This document shows, one piece after another, positions 17,302-25,167 of a DNA stretch of 64,000 nt. This DNA is from Elusimicrobiota bacterium (lineage in GTDB: Bacteria; Elusimicrobiota; Endomicrobiia; Endomicrobiales; JAPLKN01). Within the stretch, counting starts at the first letter, position 1. Each line of letters begins with the position of its first letter. The stretch is from positions 6,366 through 70,365 of the forward strand of contig JBHPNE010000003.1 in assembly GCA_042562855.1 (NCBI GenBank), given 5' to 3'. Position numbers and translations under genes: made by a program. The notes below the pieces were generated by a model that was not told where the DNA came from, ran no database searches, and saw only the letters and a list, made by a program, of their open reading frames with translations.

Positions 17302-20300
17302 GTGAATACAAAAGACAACAAAAAGCAATCTTCACTCTGTTTCGAGGGGATGGAACATTCCGCTATAATTTATGAGACCGAAGCAGAACATAAAGCGGTA
17401 GTATCCAAGTGGATAGTTGATGGGCTAAAGCAAAAGAAAAAAGTTCTGTATATTTTGGATAATCACTCGCGGGAAACAATAACCGGCTATTTAAAAGAAT
17501 CCGGTTTAGACCTCAAACAATATCTCGACTCCGGCCAGCTGCAAATCATTCCTCAAAGCGAGCTTTATGTTATTGATGGAAACTTTGATCCCGACCGCAT
17601 AGTCAGCTTTTACAAATCAGAAATAAAGAAAGCAAAAGATTCACACTTTTCAGGAGTGAACATAAGCGTAGAAATGTCCTGGATGAAAAGTTTTAAACCA
17701 GGCGATGAGAGATTGCTATCTTACAGAATGAAAATGTCGGATTTAATTCAAGAAAGTAAGATTTCTCTCCTTTGTCAGTTTAATAAAAATACGTTTAGCG
17801 CAGAAATGCTTTTGGCTGTTATAAGGAACCATTCTACTTTGTTCATTGGCAGCGAAAAGATTTCAAATTTAGCATCTTTGTCGGCAGAAGAATACCCCAA
17901 TCCGGACTCCGCAGAAGCAATTCTATCTCATACTATCAAGTCGCTCATTGTACAAAAAAATGGGAAAGCAAGGTTCGAGGCGCTTGAAGATGAGTTTTTG
18001 AGTCTTGCCGAAGCTCAATCCATTTGGATTTGGGAAACAGACAAGGAGGGAATATATAATTACTCAAACACAAAGGTTAAGGATTTTTTTGGAATTGATA
18101 AAAATGAAATTGTAGGGAAAATTTCTTTTGACTTTTTGCCGGAAGCGTTTGCAAAAGCAGTAAAAATAACGTGTGAAGAGCTAATGGCAGGAAAGATGCT
18201 TCAGAAGCAAATAGAAAACAGAGTTTTAGACAAGGAAGGGCATGAAGTTTTCTTTGAGTCAACAATTTGTGTTTTATTTGACAGTGAAAGAAATCACAAA
18301 GGCTTCAGGGGTACCGTAAAAGACATTACGGAAAAAAAACACGAAAATGAACAAATAGAAAAAAATAAGGTCTTATTTGAAAATATTTCCAGAATGGCTC
18401 CCGTGGGAATTTTCCGAACTGATGAGCATGGACTATGCACATATGTAAATGAAAAATGGCTTGAAATTGCGTCTCTAAAGCCACAAGAAGCTTTAGGGGA
18501 AGGCTGGACAAACGGTTTATATCCGGAAGATAAGGAAACGGTTTTTAAGGTATGGGCAAATGCTATTAAAAACAATTATAATTTCAAACTGGAATACAGA
18601 TTCGGGAAACCATATTCAAAAATTACGTGGGTATTGGGCCAGGCGATGGCCGAAAAAGATTCAGACGGAAAAATAACCGGATATGTCGGTACAATAACGG
18701 ACATAACTGAACGGAAAAAATATGAAACGCAAATCAGCGAGTCCGAAGAAAAAATACGTACCATCATAGAATCTAACAGAGATATTATTTTTTCTCTCGA
18801 TTCCGGCGGTTTTGTAAAATATATCTCGCCTCAGATTTCTAAATACGGGTATAACGAAGAAGATTTGATGGAGCATAAATTCGACAAGTTTATTCACCCA
18901 CAGGACGTTGTTTCGGAATCTAATATCTTTAAACAAATCCTCGAGTTTGATTTGGCGACACCTCCGCATTCATTCCGGTTTAAGAAAAAGGACGGCCAGT
19001 TTTGTTATTTGGAGGCGTTATCTAGGAAGAGGGTGCTCGATAACGGATCTGTTGAAGTTATATCAACAGTGAGAGACGTTACTTCACGTATTCGCTCTGA
19101 AAAAGCCTTAAGCATAATAAATAAAACGTTTTTGTCTTTCGGGCCGAATCCTTTGGAAAATATCGGCCGCATGGCCCATGCTGCAGGAGAAATATTGGAA
19201 GCTGTATGTGTGCTTTATAACCGCAAAGAGGGGGATATGCTTCATACTTTAGCGGGCTGGCAGATTCCTCGGGATATGCCGCTTTCCGACAAGGGTAAGG
19301 GACATATTTGTTTTGATGTTATTGACAACGGCGGGGATGAGCCGTTTGTACTGGATAATCTTCAAGAATCGTCTTATATGAACACCGATCCTAACGTAAA
19401 AAAATACGGGCTTAAAACTTACGCAGGGTTTGCAGTAAAAGTTGGAACCCAGGCAGTAGGTGCTTTTGGGGCCGTTTATCAGGATGATAGAAAATTTGAA
19501 ACTTTCGAGCTTAGCATTTTAAAGATTATGGGATTGGCAGTCTCTATTGAAGAAGAGCGTTTAGCAGATAAAGATAAAATAGTCGAGACGTCCCGGCTTT
19601 TTTCTTCAATTACTCAGTTGGCTCCGGTCGGAATATACAGGAAGGATATTGAGGACAAATACGTATACACAAATAAACGATGGGGCGAAATTTCAGGGCT
19701 CTCGTGTGAGGAAGCCTTGGGAGATGGTTGGAAAAAGGCTTTGTATCCGCAAGATAAAAGCTATGTTGATAAAGAGTGGGAAAATTCGGTTGCAACAGGG
19801 AAACCGTACAGACTAGAGTACAGATTCCTAAGAACCGACGGAACAATATCCTGGGTATTAGACCGTTTATTGCCGGAAAAAGATAAAGAAGGGAACATTA
19901 CTGGATATATTGGCGCCATAACGGACCTTACAGGCATAAAAGAACTGAAAGCAAAACTGGATAAAAGCGAAGAAAATTACAAAAATATTTTAGAAAGTAC
20001 CGTGGATATTATTCAAGTTGTTGATTTCGACGGGACTATTAAATTTTGCAGCCCTCAAATTGAGCAGCTGGGCGATACTGTTGAGAATGCGGTCGGTAGA
20101 AATGTGGCTGAAATTGTTCATCCAGAGGACAGAAAAATGCTGTTTGATGCTTTTGAGAGTGTTGCAAAAGGCAATGATGGCGGAAGCGTTGTAGCACGTT
20201 ACAAAAAGCCGAACGGTGAATATGTATCTTTGGAAGGCTCCGGAAAGTTAAGCCGGGACAGGTTTAATAATCCGCAAATGACGGTTGTGTTAAGAGATGT

Positions 20301-21150
20301 TTCTGAGCGTATTGAATATGAAAAAAAGCTGGCGTTCAGGACAATTGTTATGGAGACTCAAATTCACCTATCTCCCGATGCTGTTTTGGTAGTGGACAGA
20401 GAAGCCAAACCATACCTTCATAACAAGAAGTTTATAGAATTATTTGATACCCCTGAGGACTTCTTGTCACAGAAGGGCCAAGAGAAGGTTTGGAAAATGC
20501 TTACGGAAAAAATTAAAGATCATGAAAGTTTTTTTGAGAAAATCAAGTATTTATATTCGCAGCCTAAAGAAGTCGGGTCTGGTGAGCTTGAAATGAAAAA
20601 CGGAATGTTCGTGAAATGGAATTCTGTACCACTTTTTGATAAAAAGAAGAATTTTAATTATGGCAGGGCATGGTTTTTTAGTGATATCACAAATTCAAAA
20701 AAGGAAAATTTGGATCTTTCTTTACTTTCAAAAAATCTTGAGAATAAAACAATAGCTTTAAAAGAGCTTCTTGCCCAGGTAGAGATAGAGAAAAAAGAAT
20801 TCGGAGAAAATTTGTTAAAAAATATAGAAAGGACTGCCCGTCCTCTCATCGGAAAGATAAGAAGAATGAAGGTTCCCAAAATCAGCAAATATCTTGAAAT
20901 GCTGGAAAAGGATCTGGACAATCTTGCATCTCCTTTCGGAAAGATAGTTGAATCTCCAAGGACCAGGCTTTCTCCTCGTGAAGTGGAAATTTGTAACATG
21001 ATACGAAATGGTTATAAGAATGCAAAAATTGCTAAGATCCTGAAGGTTTCAGGCCACACCATTCAAACCCATAGAAGGGCCATCCGAAAGAAGCTTGGCA
21101 TTGGCAGAAAAAAGATTAATTTATCCACCTATCTGCAGCAGGGCCATTAG
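17302..21150 (+). CDS. cytoplasmic MEDS - multi-PAS - GAF - PAS - LuxR/GerE HTH regulator
   Basis: 1282 aa with a GTG start. N-terminus is MEDS-like (HSAIIYETEAEHKAVVSKWIVDGLKQKKKVLYILD...). About six PAS-like units each end in ...DIT.RK-type motifs. GAF region around HAAGEILEAVCVLYN...GAFGAVYQD. C-terminal LSPREVEICNMIRNGYKNAKIAKILKVSGHTIQTHRRAIRKKLGI. Confidence 0.85.
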   Translation: MNTKDNKKQSSLCFEGMEHSAIIYETEAEHKAVVSKWIVDGLKQKKKVLYILDNHSRETITGYLKESGLDLKQYLDSGQLQIIPQSELYVIDGNFDPDRIVSFYKSEIKKAKDSHFSGVNISVEMSWMKSFKPGDERLLSYRMKMSDLIQESKISLLCQFNKNTFSAEMLLAVIRNHSTLFIGSEKISNLASLSAEEYPNPDSAEAILSHTIKSLIVQKNGKARFEALEDEFLSLAEAQSIWIWETDKEGIYNYSNTKVKDFFGIDKNEIVGKISFDFLPEAFAKAVKITCEELMAGKMLQKQIENRVLDKEGHEVFFESTICVLFDSERNHKGFRGTVKDITEKKHENEQIEKNKVLFENISRMAPVGIFRTDEHGLCTYVNEKWLEIASLKPQEALGEGWTNGLYPEDKETVFKVWANAIKNNYNFKLEYRFGKPYSKITWVLGQAMAEKDSDGKITGYVGTITDITERKKYETQISESEEKIRTIIESNRDIIFSLDSGGFVKYISPQISKYGYNEEDLMEHKFDKFIHPQDVVSESNIFKQILEFDLATPPHSFRFKKKDGQFCYLEALSRKRVLDNGSVEVISTVRDVTSRIRSEKALSIINKTFLSFGPNPLENIGRMAHAAGEILEAVCVLYNRKEGDMLHTLAGWQIPRDMPLSDKGKGHICFDVIDNGGDEPFVLDNLQESSYMNTDPNVKKYGLKTYAGFAVKVGTQAVGAFGAVYQDDRKFETFELSILKIMGLAVSIEEERLADKDKIVETSRLFSSITQLAPVGIYRKDIEDKYVYTNKRWGEISGLSCEEALGDGWKKALYPQDKSYVDKEWENSVATGKPYRLEYRFLRTDGTISWVLDRLLPEKDKEGNITGYIGAITDLTGIKELKAKLDKSEENYKNILESTVDIIQVVDFDGTIKFCSPQIEQLGDTVENAVGRNVAEIVHPEDRKMLFDAFESVAKGNDGGSVVARYKKPNGEYVSLEGSGKLSRDRFNNPQMTVVLRDVSERIEYEKKLAFRTIVMETQIHLSPDAVLVVDREAKPYLHNKKFIELFDTPEDFLSQKGQEKVWKMLTEKIKDHESFFEKIKYLYSQPKEVGSGELEMKNGMFVKWNSVPLFDKKKNFNYGRAWFFSDITNSKKENLDLSLLSKNLENKTIALKELLAQVEIEKKEFGENLLKNIERTARPLIGKIRRMKVPKISKYLEMLEKDLDNLASPFGKIVESPRTRLSPREVEICNMIRNGYKNAKIAKILKVSGHTIQTHRRAIRKKLGIGRKKINLSTYLQQGH

Positions 21151-21211
21151 CCGTAAAATTCCAAATTCGTAAAAACCCTGAAAATATTTTATCCTATTAA
21201 AAGTCAGTTAA

Positions 21212-21231
21212 CAGGTATATTTATATACCTG
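21212..21231. promoter_or_regulatory. 20-bp palindrome CAGGTATAT-TT-ATATACCTG
   Basis: 9-bp arms read directly, preceded by AA as at 10190. Lies 22 bp upstream of a TTGACA box. Confidence 0.55.
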
Positions 21232-21253
21232 ATAGGTACCAGATACTTAATTA

Positions 21254-21282
21254 TTGACAATTGATTGAAATTTCATTATATT
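21254..21282 (+). promoter_or_regulatory. sigma70-like promoter TTGACA-N17-TATATT for the paralog trio
   Basis: -35 at 21254-21259 and -10 at 21277-21282. CTTAATTaTTGACAAT matches the 10216-10231 module. Confidence 0.55.
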
Positions 21283-21315
21283 TACTGCATGTAGTAATAA
21301 TTGCAAAGGTATGTA

Positions 21316-22329
21316 ATGAAATTCTATTCTAAATGGTTGATACTGTTTTTAATAGTTTTATGCAGTAAAAATCTTTCCGCCGGTTTTGTTACCGATAAGC
21401 TGGGTGTAGGTACGGCAAATCCCACGGAAGTAGAAGTAATAGGCACTGTTAAAGCCTCTTCTTTTACAATGATAACAGGGGCCTCCGACGGATACATCCT
21501 TACCACTGATGCATCGGGCAACGGCACATGGCAAACAGCTTCTTTTCCTGATCCCGCACTTCTTATTAACTCAACAAATACATGGACAGCGGCAAACACC
21601 TGGCTTTCCTCATCGACATTCAATCAAAATTCGCTTGACAAGGATTTTCGCATAAAGGGACAGACCGATGCGAATTTGTTTTTCGCAGACGCCTCTGCCA
21701 ACCGCATCGGTATAGGGACCGATTCGCCTGTAGAAAAACTCACCGTTAACGGAAGGTTGGCAATAGCTGAAGGAGATCAGTGTGTCCCTTATTCAGGATA
21801 CGGAAACCTTTGCGTGGATAACGTTAATAAGCAGCTGTCTCATATGGAAGCTTTAGGCAGTATCGAGCTGATAACCCCAAGCTATGCTATTTTTCAGGAA
21901 CAGCAGCCGTCGGGAACTTCAGGCGGCGGATTTTCGGCAGGTTCATGGGTACAAAGAACTTTAAATACTACCATTGCTTCAAGAGGAACTAGCATAACCC
22001 GTTCCGGAAGCGATATAATTCTTTCTTCGGGTACCTACCAGGTAATGATAGAAGCGCCCGCTTACAGGGTAAATTTACATCAAACCAGGTTCTATAATGT
22101 TACGGACGGAGCTACGGCATTTTCCGGCAGTTCAGAATATTCAAGATCTTCGGCTGTGGGCGATTCTACCCCAAGCTTATTGCACGGAGCTGTAGTGATA
22201 ACGGATCAGAAAACTTTCAGGATAGAGCACCGGTGCGGAACCGCAAATGCTACTGACGGTTTTGGAAATGCGTCCGGATTCGGGGAAACAGAAGTTTATA
22301 CCTATTGTTTTATACAAAGGTGCAAGTAG
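21316..22329 (+). CDS. secreted fibre paralog, shared N-module plus tip type B
   Basis: The ATG at 21316 (MKFYSKW...) is preferred over the ORF-track TTG at 21301. Signal peptide ...NLSA, then GFVTDKLGVGTANPTEVEV...SSFTMITGASDGYILTTDASGNGTW...STNTW...NRIGIGTDSPVEKLTVNG. C-terminal tip contains SGTSGGGFSAGSWVQRTLN... Confidence 0.85.
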   Translation: MKFYSKWLILFLIVLCSKNLSAGFVTDKLGVGTANPTEVEVIGTVKASSFTMITGASDGYILTTDASGNGTWQTASFPDPALLINSTNTWTAANTWLSSSTFNQNSLDKDFRIKGQTDANLFFADASANRIGIGTDSPVEKLTVNGRLAIAEGDQCVPYSGYGNLCVDNVNKQLSHMEALGSIELITPSYAIFQEQQPSGTSGGGFSAGSWVQRTLNTTIASRGTSITRSGSDIILSSGTYQVMIEAPAYRVNLHQTRFYNVTDGATAFSGSSEYSRSSAVGDSTPSLLHGAVVITDQKTFRIEHRCGTANATDGFGNASGFGETEVYTYCFIQRCK

Positions 22330-22340
22330 AAGGGTAAAAA

Positions 22341-23354
22341 ATGAAGCTTAAAAATTTTATAATTTTAAATACAATAACTTTTCTTATTTTTTTCGTGCAA
22401 TTGCTTAATGCAGGAATAGTGACTGACAGGGTTGGGATCGGTTCTATAAGCGACCCGACAGATCTTGAAGTGTTAGGAAGAGTAACTTGCTCAACTTTTA
22501 CGATGACAACCGGAGTATCTGCGGGATATGTGCTTAAATGCGATGCAGCAGGAGCGGCATACTGGGCCGCAGCCGTTGACTGCAGTATTTTAAATGCCAC
22601 AAACACATGGACTGCACCCAACTCCTGGACATCTTCATCTATATTCAATGCAAATATGCAGGATAAGGATTTCAGGATAAAGGGGCAGTTAGACGCGGAT
22701 CTTTTCTTTGCTGATGCTTCTCAAAACGAAGTCGGTATTGGCACATCGGCTCCTCACGCAGAGATTACCTTAAACGGCCGGCTTGCATTGGCAGAAACTA
22801 CCGTACCGACTGCATCATCAGGATACGGAAAACTATTTTGCAAAGCAACTGACAGCCAGCTTTATTATCAGGACGGTACAGGAGATACTGTTCTAGTCAG
22901 CGGCCAGTTTGCTTCCATTGAAGACCAAAAAACATCAGGAACTAACGGCGGAACCTTTACCTCAGGTGCCTGGCAGACAAGGACTTTGAACGCAGTTCAG
23001 GCTTCACGTGGAAGCTTTTTTTCGCTTTCGTCAAACCAGGTTACTTTGGCCGCAGGAACATACAGAATAATGGCGTCGGCGCCGGCATATTACGTAGGGG
23101 CGCATAAATTGAGGTTACGAAATATTACAGACGGTACGACGGCTGTTTATGGCACAGCAGCGCTTTCAAATACTTCTACCCAGGCTTCTTCAGGAAGAAG
23201 TGTATGCCAGGGAATAGTTACCATTGCGGCCCAAAAGACTTTTGAAGTCCAGCATTATTGCGCGAGCACAAGAGCTACTGACGGTTTAGGGCAGGCGGCC
23301 GGTTTTGGCGATACGGAAATATATGCGATTTTATGCATACAAAAGATAAGATAG
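22341..23354 (+). CDS. secreted fibre paralog, shared N-module plus tip type B
   Basis: 337 aa with the same architecture. Tip: SGTNGGTFTSGAWQTRTLN...GTYRIMASAPAYYVGAHKLRLRNITDG...KTFEVQHYC...DGLGQAAGFGDTEIY. Confidence 0.87.
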   Translation: MKLKNFIILNTITFLIFFVQLLNAGIVTDRVGIGSISDPTDLEVLGRVTCSTFTMTTGVSAGYVLKCDAAGAAYWAAAVDCSILNATNTWTAPNSWTSSSIFNANMQDKDFRIKGQLDADLFFADASQNEVGIGTSAPHAEITLNGRLALAETTVPTASSGYGKLFCKATDSQLYYQDGTGDTVLVSGQFASIEDQKTSGTNGGTFTSGAWQTRTLNAVQASRGSFFSLSSNQVTLAAGTYRIMASAPAYYVGAHKLRLRNITDGTTAVYGTAALSNTSTQASSGRSVCQGIVTIAAQKTFEVQHYCASTRATDGLGQAAGFGDTEIYAILCIQKIR

Positions 23355-23400
23355 TGCGGTTTTTTATTCTATATAGTTTTAAGTTTAAAAGGCGAAAAAA

Positions 23401-24423
23401 ATGGAATTAATGAGAAAGTTTAAAATTTTTATTACCAGCCTTTTTATATTTTTAGTTTTAATAACAAATATTCTGCATGCGGGCATTACGACCGATAGGA
23501 TCGGCATAGGGTCGGTAAGTAATCCGACAGACTTAGAAGTCAGCGGAAAAATCACGGCTTCATCATTTACCATGACAACTTCTCCCACAAACGGTTATGT
23601 TCTTCAATGCGATGCTTCTGGAATCGCTTCCTGGGCGGATGCGTCTGACTGCAACCTTTTGACCATGGCAAATACTTGGACGGCACCCAATTCCTGGCTT
23701 TCATCTTCAACGTTTAACGCGAATTCCGGTGACAACGATTTGCAGATAAAGGGGCAAACCAATGCCAATGTTTTTTTTGCCGATGCTTCTTTTGACAGGA
23801 TAGGTGTGGGAACAGGAACTACGAATGAAAAACTTACCGTCAACCATCATTTTTCCCTGGTCGAAACCACCGTTCCGACCGCATCATCAGGATACGGAAA
23901 AATATTCTGTAAATCAAGTGATGGTCAGTTTTATTTTCAGGATGACTCCGGAGACACGGTTTTGCTTTGTAAACATTTTGTATCTATTCGGGACGAAAAA
24001 GCCTCGGGTACCGCCGGCGGAACTTTTACCTCAGGCGCATGGCAGACTAGGACTTTGAATGCCGTTCAGGCGGCAAGCGGAGACTTTTATTCGCTTTCGT
24101 CAAATCAGATAACTTTAGCGACGGGTACTTACAGAATTCTTGCATCGGCTCCTGCATATTATGTGGATTCGCATAAGGCAAGGTTTCAGAATGTTACCGA
24201 CGCAACAACAGCCATTTACGGTGCTTCTGCGTTGGCTAAGGCTTCGACTCAGGCTTCATCGGGAAGAAGTATTGTAATGGGGGTAATTACGATAGCTGCG
24301 CAAAAAACTTTTGAACTCCAGCATAGGTGTGCAACCACGAGAAATACAGACGGTTACGGACAGGCGGCGAATTTCGGCGAAACTGAAGTTTACTCGGCCA
24401 TCTGCATCATGAGACTAAAGTAG
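23401..24423 (+). CDS. secreted fibre paralog, shared N-module plus tip type B
   Basis: 340 aa, the closest paralog of the 22341 gene. Contains a T8 run at 23771-23778. Its stop codon lies inside the left REP-like hairpin. Confidence 0.87.
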   Translation: MELMRKFKIFITSLFIFLVLITNILHAGITTDRIGIGSVSNPTDLEVSGKITASSFTMTTSPTNGYVLQCDASGIASWADASDCNLLTMANTWTAPNSWLSSSTFNANSGDNDLQIKGQTNANVFFADASFDRIGVGTGTTNEKLTVNHHFSLVETTVPTASSGYGKIFCKSSDGQFYFQDDSGDTVLLCKHFVSIRDEKASGTAGGTFTSGAWQTRTLNAVQAASGDFYSLSSNQITLATGTYRILASAPAYYVDSHKARFQNVTDATTAIYGASALAKASTQASSGRSIVMGVITIAAQKTFELQHRCATTRNTDGYGQAANFGETEVYSAICIMRLK

Positions 24424-24438
24424 GGACAGCGCCTACTT
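24418..24438. repeat. REP-like hairpin, left copy (7-bp stem, 7-nt loop)
   Basis: Read directly. Contains the stops of the 23401 gene (+) and of the transposase (-). Confidence 0.9.
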
Positions 24439-25110
24439 TATGGCTTCTTTTCTCGGCCTTCCCATCTTTGGGGAAGTTAATTTCTTACCAAACTTATTTT
24501 CTAAGTTTTTAATAAATGCAGTAGCTCCAAAAGGCAGACCGGACAACGTGTGTTTTCGTATTGCAGTAACGGCATTCTCTTCTTCTTGCCCATCAATGTA
24601 TTTTTTCCATTTATTTATATTCATATCTAAATAACGAAAAATATTTTCCAATTTTATTTTAGGTACTCCCAAGCCGGTGTTAGCTAAGGCGCTAGACCAT
24701 TCCCAATCCCACGGTTTCTTAACTTGTTTTGATCGGACAGGGTTTTTCTCAATGTATCTTGCGGCGGAAAGTAAATGAATTTCATCCAAAACGCAAGAAA
24801 AAAACCGTCCTTGCCACAGATGACCGCAAGAATTATTTTTCCGATTAAAATATTGAGCATATTTCATGTGTGTTGCATTGAAAGTTCTTGAAAGAGAATC
24901 TTCTTTTGAGGGGATTGCTATAAAGTGGACATGATTACTCATAAGACAGTAAGATAAAATACTTAGTCCATATTTTTTGCTGTATTCGCCAATACAGGAA
25001 AGATAATATTTCCTGTCAATGTCATCGAAAAAAACAGTTTGTTTGTTGTTGCCCCGCTGTGTGATGTGATGGGGGAGGCCGATCGCTACAATTCTGGCTG
25101 TTCGTGGCAT
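24433..25110 (-). CDS. IS200-like / RayT-like HUH tyrosine (Y1) transposase
   Basis: 225 aa. N-terminal LPHHITQRGNNKQTVFF, HUH motif SNHVHFIAIP, and catalytic-Tyr region ARYIEKNPVR. Confidence 0.85.
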   Translation of the reverse strand: MPRTARIVAIGLPHHITQRGNNKQTVFFDDIDRKYYLSCIGEYSKKYGLSILSYCLMSNHVHFIAIPSKEDSLSRTFNATHMKYAQYFNRKNNSCGHLWQGRFFSCVLDEIHLLSAARYIEKNPVRSKQVKKPWDWEWSSALANTGLGVPKIKLENIFRYLDMNINKWKKYIDGQEEENAVTAIRKHTLSGLPFGATAFIKNLENKFGKKLTSPKMGRPRKEAIK

Positions 25111-25146
25111 AGAACTATTTTATGTTAAAAAAATATTTATGTCAAT

Positions 25147-25167
25147 AAGTAGGCGCTGTCCCTACTT
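25147..25167. repeat. REP-like hairpin, right copy (loop inverted relative to the left copy)
   Basis: Read directly. Contains the stop codon of the aminotransferase gene (-). Confidence 0.9.

Noticed and set aside
14973-23843. Antisense ORFs overlapping the 5' modules of the fibre paralogs (14973-15275, 15414-15707, 21324-21623, 22310-22648, 23385-23588, 23604-23843).
   Set aside because: They recur because the sense sequence is conserved and stop-poor on the opposite strand. The sense ORFs have signal peptides, RBSs and paralog support, and the antisense ones have none.
23804-24058. 84-aa same-strand alternative-frame ORF inside the 23401 gene.
   Set aside because: It lies entirely inside a well-supported paralog in another frame, has an Arg/Pro-rich nonsense-like composition, and has no counterpart in the sibling genes.
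10885-24423. Prophage or phage-tail-like (tailocin / contractile injection system) interpretation of the fibre locus.
   Set aside because: The locus has no sheath, tube, baseplate, capsid, terminase, portal, lysis or integrase genes. All the fibre proteins carry Sec signal peptides, which phage fibres lack.
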